DNA of 64,000 bases from Trichodelitschia bisporula (Eukaryota), in assembly GCA_010356995.1 (NCBI GenBank), contig ML996695.1, positions 443,061 to 507,060 of the forward strand, in the 5' to 3' direction. Under the pieces are notes generated by a model. The model was not told where the DNA came from, ran no database searches, and was given only the letters and a program-made list of their open reading frames with translations. This document shows, piece by piece, positions 12,021-23,519 of this stretch (its first letter is position 1; every line of letters starts with the position of its first letter). Made by a program: the position numbers and the translations under genes.

Positions 12021-12790
12021 CTACGAGGTAGAAGGGGAACACTCCTTCATTCTCACGTCGTCCTCGCCCACATCTTCTTCGTCTCGCTTGCGCTTTCCAT
12101 TCAGCGACTTGACCGGATGCTCGCTGTACCGCTGCCGCACGCGCCAATGCCAGTCTTCGATCGTCTCGGGTCCGCCCTCGATGTGTATCGGACGCGGCTC
12201 GGCCGCGGGGCCGAGGATCGTGCCTTGGAAGCGCGTATCTTCGCCGGTCTTCGAGTGCTTCTTTTTAAGAACTTGCAATCGTCAGTAGGGGGCCATGAAA
12301 CCCATCCCCACAGCAACTCACCTGTGACATAGTCCTCCTTTCTCTCCTCTTCGCCCTCAACCCGAGCAATCCGCCCAATCTCCTTAAACGTCGGCCCATC
12401 AAACCACCCCGCAAACGCGCGCACATCCGCTGTGTCCTCATCATCGCGCCGGCGCTGCTCGCGCACCCGCCTCTCACCCGTCTCGCGTATCTCATCCAGC
12501 GGCACGCGCGTCATCTCCTTGAAGATCTCCTCCGTCGCCGTAGTGAATGGTATCATCTGTCCGACATCCGTGAGGGCAAGGCGCGCATCCCGCACGTCAG
12601 GCGTATTGATATTTGCAGTGAGGTCGGCGTAGCGCGCGGTGCGTTCGCCGAGGGCCATCATGTACTTGGCTGCCATTTCGGTGACTGCGTCGATGACAGA
12701 GGGGCGCGCGGCGTGGAAGCCTGCTGCGCGGAGGATTTGGAGGATGGCGGGGCGGAGAAGGGCGAGGTGGAAGGCATCGAGGGAGGACAT
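12021..12790 (-). CDS. Bromodomain-associated (Bromo_TP histone-fold) protein, TAF3-like, 2 exons
   Basis: MSSLDAFHLALLRPAILQILRAAGFHAARPSVIDAVTEMAAKY is typical of the Bromo_TP fold. A GTGAGT..CTGAC..AAG intron (~12272-12321) joins to LKKKHSKTGEDTRFQGTILG...IEGGP. Confidence 0.82.
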
Positions 12791-13135
12791 GATGCCGGTT
12801 ACGTGTGGTGGAGAGAACGGGTTGGTGATTAGGAGATTCGGGGTGTCGGGTTCACGGCCAGGGCGCCATGGAGCGGTGGATTGTAAGAGAATGTGGGTGC
12901 AGTTATTGCGTCGGTAAGCAGGTGAATGCGGAGGTAGAGGGTGGTGCAAAGGTAAAGGGTGGTGCAGGTGCTGGTGAAGGAGACAGTTGATGGACGCCGT
13001 TGTCGTTCTCGAAGCCTAAGGTCTGTGCGCCCCAGGCTCGCGCCGCCGCCAAGACCGGAGGTCAGAACAGCAGCCGCAACGAGGCCAAGACACCACGACA
13101 CCACCACCGGCTTCATCCCCAACCATCTGCCCACC

Positions 13136-13921
13136 ATGCCCGACACACAACCCGGCGAGCTGAGCTGGAAGCTCAGCAGTCATCCGATCACTCTTTTGTG
13201 CTTCCTCGGATTCCGCATCTGTACGTCCCCTTGTCGCAACGCCAGCAAGCTAGCCAGCCAGCTAGCCAGCTAGGCTCCGAACTTCGACCCAAAGCGCTCA
13301 GATAGCTAACGCGCCGCAGCCTCGCTCCTCGTGTACCTCCTCGGGATGCAGTTCACGACGAACTTGTGCGTCCAACTCTCCCCCCATAAGAACCGCCCCC
13401 CTAACCCGCACCAGCATCCTCGTCTTCATCCTCACCGTAATCCTCCTCGCCGTCGACTTCTACTACCTCAAAAACATCGCTGGGCGGCGACTCGTCGGCC
13501 TGCGGTGGTGGAACGAAGTTGACCCCACGACCGGCGCCTCGCACTGGGTGTTCGAGTCCGCGGACCCGGAGACGCGTACCACCAATGCGACGGATAAGCG
13601 CTTCTTCTGGCTGGCGCTGTATGCCCAGCCTGCGCTGTGGATTGTGCTCGGCATTGTGGCGACCATCAAGTTGATTAGCTTTGTGGAGATCACGCCGCTG
13701 TGGTTGACACTCGTTGGTAGGTTTGGCGCTTTGTGAGATCTTGGGGGGATGCTGATGTTATGCCAGTTATTGCCCTCGTCCTCACCACCACCAACTCCCT
13801 CGCCTTCTCCCGCTGCGACCGCTTCGGCCAGGCATCCAACATTGCAAGCAGCGCGCTCGGAACAGGAGGGTTGGCACGTAGCGTTGCTTCAGGCATGGTA
13901 GGCCGGTTCTTCTCGCGCTAA
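13136..13921 (+). CDS. TVP23: Golgi apparatus membrane protein TVP23 (DUF846), multi-exon
   Basis: [28 protein letters not shown]..., [52 protein letters not shown]; three short introns. Confidence 0.92.
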
Positions 13922-14075
13922 GCGGGAGTTCGGGGGATCATCACAGGCGGACAGAACAGGCGGCGCAAGGCGTGAGAGATTGTAGGATAAATTAGGCGTT
14001 CTCGCGGCAGCGAGCGGCAGCGAGCGAGCTTCAATGCAGTTCTTCTACCACTTCAACCCCTCCCCACCGCCCATA

Positions 14076-15245
14076 TTACGCAGGAGTAGCCTCTCTCCTC
14101 CCCCTCCCCTTTGCGCCTCCGGGAATGTACTCGACTGCCTTGTGTCTCCGCTCTTCTAACCCCACGTCTGGCCCCCGGTGCCCTTCGTTCCAGCACCCGG
14201 CGCAGTACAAGTCCCCGCCGCAGCCTAGACACCGTACGCTTGCGTCTGCGCAGCAGATTATGCACCAGCTTTCGATCTCTTCGTCTGTCAGTCCCGGTTT
14301 GCCCGCTGGGAGGGCGGGTTTTGACTTTGCTGTACTGCCGCCGAGGGCTGCCCAACGTGCTGCGAGGGCGTCCTCGGATGCGTCCGGTAAAGGAGCGTCG
14401 GTATTTTCCGCGGCTGTTATGCGCGCGAGGGGTGTAGCCGGTGCGGAGGGCAGGTCGATGTCCAGCAGGGAGGGATTCTCGTCTCCATCCTCTCCGTCAT
14501 CTTCTCGCTCCTCATCCCCTCCCTTCCCCTCTCCCTCATCCCCTCCCTCCCCAATCCCCACTTTCTTATCCCCCTCAACCCTCAACCCCTCCAGCACCCG
14601 CGCAATATAATCATCAACTTCCTCATCCAGACCCTGCTCCACGTCCTCCCCTTCCTTCTTCACATCCTCCTCCTCCCCCTTGTCCTGCCGCTTCTCCGTG
14701 GTAGCTAGCAAACTCGTCGCATCCTCGACGAGCCGCTGCACCTCCGCTGCATCCACGCCCGGCGGTGCGGGAATCCCGGACACCAGTGCAGCGAAGGAAG
14801 CTTCTTCCTCGTCGGGTGGGTCGGCGAAGGCTTCTTCCTCATCTGGTGGGTTGGCGGGCGCGGGCGCCGGTGTATGGCGGGTAGGTGTAGAGATGCTTCG
14901 CTGGGGCGTCAAGCGCGCGAAGCGCTCTTCTATCGAGGGGGTGGCCCTTGCCGTGGGTGCAGGGGATGTGGCGGGAGTGGAAGTCGTCGCTACGGGGTCC
15001 GGCGTGGCCGGTAAGGGCGTCGCATTCGGGACTGGGGAACTTGATGCGATGGCGGAATCAGGTGAAGCGGGCGTGCCCAGCGATGGAGCTATATCCGGCG
15101 CCGGCGCTGCATCTGGTCCTCCATCGAGCGTGCTGTCTGCCTCTGGCGCTGACGATGGTGATCCCGGCGCCGCCGAGCCTGCGCTGCCATATCGTGCAGC
15201 GCGTGAGCGGAGTGCTTCGAGGCGTGCTTTGAGGTCTACGGGCAT
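14076..15245 (-). CDS. Low-complexity protein with C-terminal B-box-type zinc finger (ZFYVE19/ANCHR C-terminus-like)
   Basis: C-terminal WCIICCADASVRCLGCGGDLYCAGCWNEGH...H. Repeated 'L..R...L' helices (LKARLEALR, IEERFARL, LAARWAAL). First ATG taken at 15245. Confidence 0.72.
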   Translation of the reverse strand: MPVDLKARLEALRSRAARYGSAGSAAPGSPSSAPEADSTLDGGPDAAPAPDIAPSLGTPASPDSAIASSSPVPNATPLPATPDPVATTSTPATSPAPTARATPSIEERFARLTPQRSISTPTRHTPAPAPANPPDEEEAFADPPDEEEASFAALVSGIPAPPGVDAAEVQRLVEDATSLLATTEKRQDKGEEEDVKKEGEDVEQGLDEEVDDYIARVLEGLRVEGDKKVGIGEGGDEGEGKGGDEEREDDGEDGDENPSLLDIDLPSAPATPLARITAAENTDAPLPDASEDALAARWAALGGSTAKSKPALPAGKPGLTDEEIESWCIICCADASVRCLGCGGDLYCAGCWNEGHRGPDVGLEERRHKAVEYIPGGAKGRGRREATPA

Positions 15246-15652
15246 GGGTGAGAGCTGTGGTGCGGAGTGGAAGTGTGGATACGGAAAAGAGCGGAGGTGG
15301 GGGGTACGAGTATGCGATCGGCGGGCGCGGGGGTTAGCGCGGGGCATGGGGTGTGCTGGTATGGACACCACGGTTTGGACTCAGGAAATGATGGTAAATG
15401 GTAGTGAGAGAATGAAATTTGGAAAATCTGTTGGATGTTGTCCTAGTGTTTAGGTGCACTGACAGGCTGAATCTAGGCATTATATATCGTCCATCGTGGT
15501 CGAATTGTTGGGGGAGGAAATGGCGATATGCAGCGAGGAAGCGGCTCGTGAGGTGTGAGGCAACTTCCTTTGCACGCGTATATGTGAGCGTCAAGTGCCA
15601 GTACTGCTTTTAACCTGCGGAAAGCTCCCTACCATAGAGAGTCCAAACCAGT

Positions 15653-15655
15653 CTA

Positions 15656-15704
<49 letters not shown>

Positions 15705-17654
15705 CCGTCCTCATCCTCATCCTCATCGTCATCATGCCTATCATCGCCTTCTTCATCGGCCCCATCATCTGCCTCGCCATCAGCATCGCCCTCGGCATCC
15801 TCTGCCGCTAGCGCGTAGTCGACGGTAACATCCCAGCGATCATTCTTCGCACTCTTACTGACGTACTTCACGAATCTCAGAACGCCCGTATCACGCAGCA
15901 CAATGCTGAGGCTATTCCATCCGGCGGGATTCGTGAACAACACCCCGTCGTCCTCGCCCTCCCCTCCGCTCTTATACACCGCTGGATCCGCCTTCGACTT
16001 CTTCCGCTGCCCGGCACCTGTACTACTCGTCGGTTGGTCGGGCTTCTCTTCCTCTTCATCCTCGTCCTCATCACCGACCATGTACACTTCGTACCCGCCG
16101 TGTACAGCCTCATCGTCGTCCTCATCAGTCTCCTTCTGCTCCTTCTGCTCCTTCTCCGCTACCGGCGTTATCCCCAAGCACACCTCAAGTTGCGGCTCTT
16201 CCTCCTCATACGCTGTGGCAAGGGTATAATCCAGACCGCGCCTGAACCGCCTGGCCACCACCTGCGCACGCTCCAGCTCCAGCCCCGTAATCAGTCCGAT
16301 CCACCGCGCAAACAAGGGGTTGGGTAGCAAGTCCTCAAGCAGGAGATCGAGCGGGGTGGGGTCGGAAGTCTTGGCCAGTGAGCCTTCGGGCGCGGGCTGG
16401 CGGTACAGGAAGCGCTGTTTATGCGGAGGGCGGGCGATGTCGGCTTGCGTCTCGTGACCTGGGAGGGCGGGTAAGGAAGGCGGAGCGGCATCAAGGGGCG
16501 CGAGATACGCATGCAACTTCGCGGCAAACTTGGGGTGCAGGAAGCTAGCCAGCGTGACAGCGGAGCTATCCTGGAAGGCCTCGTTGAGCTCCTCTACGGT
16601 GTCCGGCGTTAGATAGGTGGGGCTGATATATTTCAGTAGCCAGTCGAATTCAGCGTCTGTGAAATCAGGGCTTTCGTCGGTGGAGAGTGCAGGGATGGGA
16701 ATCCATGACGGGCGCGGGAGGTCGAATTCGTCGGCTTTACTTTGGAGTTGGCTGAGGGAGGATTTGGCTGCGAGTTTTTCCTCTAGTCCCGGTTCGAAGC
16801 CTTCTTCGCCTTCTTGCGGGATGTGGAACCACCCGCTGATGGCCATGCGGATGCGCCCGCCATCCTCCTCGGTGTTATCAGGGCCGCGCTGGTAGACTTC
16901 CTCGACGTCGTGGAAGCTTTCGCCGGGCTGGATGGTGAAGAAGGAGAGTTGGTTGAAGGCAGGTGGGATTGAGACGGAGAAGTTGGCGCTGGGGACGAGG
17001 GTCTCGGTGCCGTCTTCGCTCTTGAGCTTTTGCGTTGGGTAGAGGCGCAGGGCACCGCCCCATTCGGCTTTCCAGGGGAGGTCGGGATCCGTCAGGTACA
17101 GGATGTAGCTCAGCCGCCGGCTACCTATTACGTCGTCGTGGCACAGCAGATGACATGTCGGCGTGTACACGTTGATGGCCATGTCTGTCTTCTTGCCGCT
17201 CAGTGGACCGGAGTTGGCGACGCGCGAAATGTAGTGCCGGAAGGCAGGCGAGTACAAGGCATCGCGGAGGCTAAGGAGAGACGGAAGCTTAGAGAGGGCA
17301 GAGTCGTCCAGTCCATCGAGATTGGCCAAATCGCCAGACTGGTGGATTTTGTAGATGTCCGTCTCTTTGGGGGTGAAGTGGAGGTGTTCGCGGATTTCAT
17401 CGCGCACTTTGCGGAGCAGCGAATCTTCGATCAGTTTGTGGATTACGCCGTGCTTGTATCTATATACATGAGCTTCTGTCGAGCTTTGGGTGCTTCAGTG
17501 AGGCATACGGTTGCGACTGCGCATATTCCTTGCGATATGCTTCGGCCTCGTCGAAAAGACCAGCTCTGAAGCTCTTGATTGCGCCTTCGTCGGAGAGGGC
17601 GCGCTTTTTGGGAGACCCGTTCAGCGGGGTGGGCTCGCTGTTTTTACGCTTCAT
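15653..17654 (-). CDS. TPA1: Prolyl 3,4-dihydroxylase TPA1/Ofd1 (2OG-Fe(II) oxygenase acting on ribosomal uS12), 2 exons
   Basis: Intron 17460-17508. Motifs FTPKETDIYKIHQSGDLANLDGL, HLLCHDDVIGSRRLSYILYL, WGGALRLY, SFHDVEEV, RMAISGWFH and RDTGVLRFVKYVS. Confidence 0.95.
15658..15702. repeat. (CAT)n/(GAT)n microsatellite encoding the poly-Asp tail of TPA1
   Basis: About 15 consecutive CAT units on the + strand. Confidence 0.95.
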
Positions 17655-17813
17655 GCTAGCGAAGGCGAGGGAGATATATCAAAGTAGGATGGGATGAAAA
17701 TTGAGCTCTCGACTGATCATGCAGCGAGCCTTGGGAAATTTTGGAGCTTCGTCGGGGAATCGATTCTCCATTTGTGGCGCATTGGTGCGGCCCCGCGCTT
17801 GTGGCTGACGACT

Positions 17814-17834
17814 GACGCGAAGTCGCGTCGCGTC
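17814..17834. promoter_or_regulatory. MCB-like (ACGCG) element cluster / palindrome in the TPA1-MRC1 divergent promoter
   Basis: GACGCGA-AG-TCGCGTC inverted repeat plus an overlapping TCGCGT, ~130 bp upstream of the MRC1 ATG. Confidence 0.55.
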
Positions 17835-17959
17835 CAAGCTCGGGCCTTAAGCACTTCCCCAGCGAGACTTCGACCTCCACTCTCACACAACATCCACTTC
17901 CCCATATTCGCAGCTTCCATACCCCTCACCCTTTGACGGTTCTCCCACATATCCTCATC

Positions 17960-20900
17960 ATGTCGTCTCCGCTATTGTCTCCTAGCGCGACCTCCACAAT
18001 GGACGCCCCGTCACAAGCCGAATTGACACCGCGCAGCAAAGTCAAAGCCATGCTCGCGTTGTTTGACGATGATTCGGACGGCAATGACGTCTCTACCTCA
18101 CGCACACCCTCGAAAAAGACATCGGCAGCAGCAAAGGCTCCGTCCAAAGCTCCAACTGTTCCCAATGACAAACCTGCACTCCGCACTTACGGCAACCGCG
18201 ACGCCAGCTCCGGGACGAAACGTCGCCTTGCACAGCCTGTTATCGACGACTCCACGGATGACGATGCCCCCGCTGCTTCCCCTTCCAAGAAGGCGCGTCG
18301 CTCTTTGTCCCGTACCGTGTCACCTGGACCCGCTCTTTCCGGTGGTGCCGAAATCTCACCGGCGCGGACTATCCGGGAAGAGTCGGCTAGCCTCTTCGTA
18401 TCTCCCGCTCCTCGGCGCACCCGTGAAAAATCGGCTGGCCTCTTCATGTCTCCTGCCCCTCGGCGCACCGCCCCCATCATTGACTCAGACTCCGACTCCG
18501 ATGTCGGCTCGGAGGCGCGCAAGAGAGCAGAGCAACAGGCCAAGCGCCGTGCTGAGCGCGAAGCGAGGCTGAAAGCCGCAGTGGAGAAGGCTCAGCAAGC
18601 CGAATCAGAATCGGACGACAATGCTGATGAGGAGTTCGCCAAAAAGCTCACTCAGCAGCAGTCGCGTCCTTCCCGAAAGGCGAGCAAGAAGGCAGTTGAG
18701 GAGATGCGCCGCGAGACTCAGCGCCTTGCCCGGAATCAGCAGCTTACCCACGAGGCTCGCGTTAAGAAGAAGATTACGACCAAGGACTTGTTCAAGGTGT
18801 TCAACTTTAGACAGGAGGAGAGTGCGGACGCGTCTTCGCTTGTTGAAAGGCCCGATGAGGAGAAGCCTGCGGTCTCGGGAGCTCTTGTCTCTTCGGATGC
18901 TGAAGCTCGCACTGCGCAGGGTACCCCAGCCACCAGTCCCGCCGAGTCACAAGAGGCCAACATCACCCAGAAAGACAAGACATCGTACACGACTTCCGTC
19001 ATCCATGGAGAGGTGCTCGACGACATCTATGACGATGACGAAGAACTCCCTAGCTTGGAAGAAATTGTGGCAAGGCCTCCGTCACCCAAACCTGTCAAAG
19101 AAGCCCCCAAGCCCTCCGCAAAGGCCGTAGGGAAACGCCCTGTCCAGCAAGAGGCCGTCATCACGTCCGGCGCCCGGCACTTCTTCGTCGTTCCTCCGGT
19201 CTCGGCCGACACCATTGAGCTCGATTCCGACGATGATCTTGAGATTGCGCCCAAGAAGCCCGGCCGGCTTGCCATCTTCGACAACATTCCCAAGCGAGAT
19301 ACGATAGAATCACAGTCTCTGACGGCGCTGCGCGTTCTAGCTCACGTCACCTCTCCTGGCAAAGCCAAGGCCAAGGGCTCGTCCATGACTGCTAGCGAAA
19401 TGCATGCTTCGCTGCAGAACCGCGCGAGGAAGCAGGCCATCAAGGATAAGGAAGAGAGGCTGAATGCCCTACGGGCTAAGGGCATTATCATCTTGACCGA
19501 GGAAGAGCGCGAGAAAGAGCAGATTCAGATCGATAACATGCTCGAGAGGGCTCGTAAGGAGGCTATGGATCTGGCGAAGAAGGAGAAAGCGGATGCCAAG
19601 AAGGATAATCCCGACGGCTTTGCTGATGACAGCGACGATGAGAGTTGGGTCGGAGATGCCGAAGACGTTAACAGCGAGAATGGAGGTGCTGAGGATGAAG
19701 GAGAGGAAGAGGACATTGAGCTTTCTGGCTCGGAAGACGAAGATCTGCCCGATGCTGATGGCCTCATCGATGATGCAGCTGAGGAAGATGCTGAAGACGA
19801 TGCTAGTGAACACGAAGATGCAGCCACGGCTGGCGCGGATGATATGATCATCGAGGATGAGCTTCCCTCCGTTCCTGCAGCGTCCCGACCCGCTCAGCGC
19901 AAACGGAACGTCATTACCGACGATGATGATATCGAAGACTTCACGCCAGCAGTTGCCGGGACTCCCGCTGCGAAGTCCATCACCCACGACGAACTAGCTG
20001 CCGCATTCGGATTCCAGCCAAACAGCAGCCCAGTCGGCCTTACCCAAATGTTCGCCGGCACCATGGCCGAATCCACCTTGCCGCCCGCACCCAGGGGCCA
20101 AACCGAGTCTCCGGAATTTCTGCGCCGTCCGTCTATGATCCCCATGGGCCCTGCACCTACCCAGCCCGACTTTGGCGTCCTGGTGCCGAACAGCCAGAGC
20201 AATGCTGCGCAGCTGCACTCAGATCCCCAGCGCATCTCCGCCACGCCTGGATTTAGCTTCGACCTAGGCAATATCTCAACCCTGCGGGGCAGTATCTCGC
20301 CTTCTAAGTTCTCGGAGATGCCGGAGCCGACGCAGGATGTTGGGTTCGAGATTTCATCTACTGATCTGCGCCAGCCGCAGTCTACGGTTGATACCCTCCC
20401 GCTCAACTCGCCGTCTGTAAAGCCAAAGGGCCGACTTCGACGCCGGGCTCCAGTCTCAGTTTCGGCGTCTGAGGATAGTGGCTCCGAAGCTGAGCAGGCA
20501 GTGCAAAAGGTATCTGCATACGATAAGCTCTTCAAGGCTTCTAAGAAGACTGCCTTTGACAAGAAGAGGAGCGAGGCAAAGGGCATGATCGAAGAACAGG
20601 CCGAGGAGTCTGAAGACGAGTATGCTGGCATCGGAGGCGCCAGCGACGACGATAGCGGGGAGGAAGGAGATGAGCAGTTGGCGGAAATGATTGACGAGAG
20701 CCACGTAGTGGTCGACGAGCGCAAGATGGCGCAGTACTATGCGTAAGTTCTCCTTAACGACAATGGACTCAGCTAACCATGATCAGCGAAAAGGATCGCG
20801 TCGATGACGAAAAGCGCATCGACAAGCTCTACAAAGCCATCACTACGGGCGGGCTGCGCCGCAGACGTGGCGCCGACATGGACGAGCTCTCCGACTCCGA

Positions 20901-21846
20901 AAACGAAGCCGCGGAGCGCCGCCGCCAGAAGCAGCGCGAGTTCGCGCGCATGCGCAAGGCCCTGCTCGAGGACGAGAACATTGGGAAAATCGCCGAGAAC
21001 CCGAAGAAAATGGCCTTCCTCCGCGCCATCGAGGACCGCGACGAAGACGCCGATTTCCTAGACTTCATGGATGAAGAACCCATCGTCGTGGCTGAAGACT
21101 CGCAGCCCGCTGAAGAGCAGCCCGCTGATGCGAGCGCGCAGCAACCCTCCTCCACCATCGGCCGCACCGTCAATCCCCTCAAGCGCACCGCAACCACGAG
21201 CTTCGGCTCGGCGAAGGAAAACGCTCGTCCACGCCGAGCCTCTGAGTCTCCGCCTAAGAAAGCGAAGACCCTGGCTGAGATCCGCGAAGCGGTCAGCGTG
21301 CTCCTCGACGAGCCCCTCGTGCCCGACTCGCAGACGCCGCTGGACTCGGATGCCGAGTCTGGCAGCGAAGCCGGTGAGGAAGACGACGCCGATTCGATGT
21401 TCCACCCGCCTAGCTTCTCCCGCTCCTCAACCTCCGGCTCGGTCGTCAACCGCCAGGCGCTCGCGCGCGCCGACGAACCCGCCGCGCCGTCTGGGCCGAT
21501 GGCCTTCCACGTCCTCGGCTCCGGGTCCCAGGGCGCCGGCGCGTTCAAGCCGCCGACGCTGTTGCGGCGCGCGACGAGCTACGCTACTACGGCAACGAAG
21601 AGTGGGGTTAATGTTTCGGCTACGGGAGTTACGACCCCGAGTGCGGGTGCGATGGAGAGTAGTTCCGAGGGTGTGAGGCGCGGAGGGAGCAGTAAGAGTA
21701 ATATCCATTATCAGGCGCGGGAGGCGGAGAGGCGGAAGGTGATTGATGCAGCGGAGAAGAGGCGCGCGGAGGAGGTGAGGAGGAGTGTTTTGAAGGGGCG
21801 GAGGAGTGTGCTTGGGTCATTGGGGGGCAAGGGGGGGTTTGAGTAG
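17960..21846 (+). CDS. MRC1: Replication checkpoint mediator Mrc1/claspin, 2 exons
   Basis: RKASKKAVEEMRRETQRLARNQQL; acidic tracts; TQ motifs; MRC1 domain MIEEQAEESEDEYAGIGGASDD...DEKRIDKLYKAITTGGLRRRRG...NPKKMAFLRAIED. Intron 20743-20786. Confidence 0.93.
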
Positions 21847-22526
21847 GTGGATGGGGGGTTTGAGCTGCGGTACGGGCGTAAGGGTGGGTTATTGTGTGGG
21901 TTGGGGTTTATGGCTGGTTCGTGGGAATGTTTGAACTGGGTGTAGGGACCTGGGGTAGGGAGTCGTGGGGGTAGATAGATGCTGATTCGGCATGTCGGCT
22001 TGAAATGTAGTGGCGTTTTTTTCCTCGATCTCCGATTTGCAAGGCTGAGGCTGACGATCAGCCGACTGGCCCATGTTCCGAGGATCCCGGATCGCAGGTA
22101 GGCATGCGCAAATGGCTAAACGACGCTGCTGAGCTATTGGTCCGATGGAACGTTGCTTCGCTCGATGCTCGCTCAGGGATGGCTCGGTTATCGGATGACT
22201 GGATTGGAAGCGGGTGGCGCGGTGCAGAAAGGCCGACTCCGTCCGGTACGGGACTCAGCTGTGTTTGAGGGCTGCTTGCTGGATTAAGCTCATCTTTCTC
22301 GAAAGGGGAAGAGGAAGTGGGTGTTTCGAATGAGGCTTTCTCAAGGGTTACGGATTTTGGAGAATGTCCCGGTTGGAAGGCCGTTGCTTTACAGGGTAAC
22401 AGTACACTGGTGCTTTCAACGGGACGTAAGTCTAGTATTTCCAATGTACTTTTATAACTATGCTAACAACCACTAACTCCACCACCCAACACCATCAATG
22501 ACTATCCATCCCCTCCCCTAAACCCT

Positions 22527-23519
22527 CTACCCACTCGACCCCACTAGCGGCGCAATCTCCGCCACCATGGAATTGTTAAAATGATTCTTATCCATATACT
22601 CCATAATCGCATCCCAATTGCGGCACTGATGCGGAATCCCCCACCCATCCACCGCAAACCTGCGCCCATCCGCCTCCGTCCTCGGCCACTCGAGACTCAT
22701 ATCCCCACCGCACTGGATCGTCTGCCGCAGATAATCAAAGCAGTGATGAAGATGATCGGCGTGGTCTAGTTTCGTGAACATGTGTCGGACCGATTCTTGT
22801 ACTTCTGTGTCGTTCTTCACGATGCTGTCGAGGAAGAGCCAGGTGAACCGCCGGAGTTGGCCCAAGCAGTGCATTTGGTGGAAGACGGCGACGGAGTAGA
22901 TGGTGCCCCAGGGGGTTTCTTCGCCGGCGGGGAGGTCGTATTTCTTCCAGTCCGACACGAAGACGAAGCCACGGCCTGGCTGCGTGGTGTTAGCAGGAGC
23001 GACGGGTGAGGGGTAAGGAGCGTACCGGCAGGAGGTCATCCCATGCCTTGTCCGTCTCCGGCGTCGGCCGCGACGAGTAAATCTCATTCTTCTCGAACAT
23101 CGTCCTGCGGAAGCCAACTGCACCCATTAGCCCTCAAACCTCCCAACATCCTCAAGAAAAGGAAACTCACTCTCCGGCACCGGCGTCTTCGGCTTTCCTT
23201 TCTCCCCCTTCCATTCCTTATACACGCCTCGCCCGTCAAAAAACATCCGTATAACCAGTAGCACCGCCACCAGCCCCACCAAGACCTTCAGCAGCAGATT
23301 ATTCCTCCTCAAACTGCGATTCAGCGCGTAGAGCTCGTGCGTGCCCATTCCACCCTCCATGTGTCCCCGATCTGTAGAGCTAGATCCGTTGTATCCGCCT
23401 GACAAAGGCTTGTTCTCGTCGTCAAAGGTCATGTCCTGACGCTCGACGGGGGAGTACGGCATGTCGTCGTCGGAGGCGCTGGCGTGTCGCGCGGATGGCT
23501 TGTGGAAGATGGAGGGCAT
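22527..23519 (-). CDS. DUF3328 / UstYa-family membrane-anchored oxidase, 3 exons
   Basis: N-terminal TM helix (LLLKVLVGLVAVLLVIRMFF). Introns 23118-23170 and ~22980-23025. Spliced sequence includes TDKAWDDLLP/PGRGFV, twin HxxHC motifs (VFHQMHCL, HLHHCFDYLRQTIQCGGDMSLE) and DGWGIPHQCRNWD. Confidence 0.93.

Noticed and set aside
13241..13273. GCCAGCTA-type microrepeat in TVP23 intron 1
   Set aside because: A simple slippage repeat with no snoRNA boxes or structure evident.
15595..15828. Poly-His ORF (+) and poly-Met ORF (-)
   Set aside because: These are alternative-frame readings of the TPA1 poly-Asp microsatellite.
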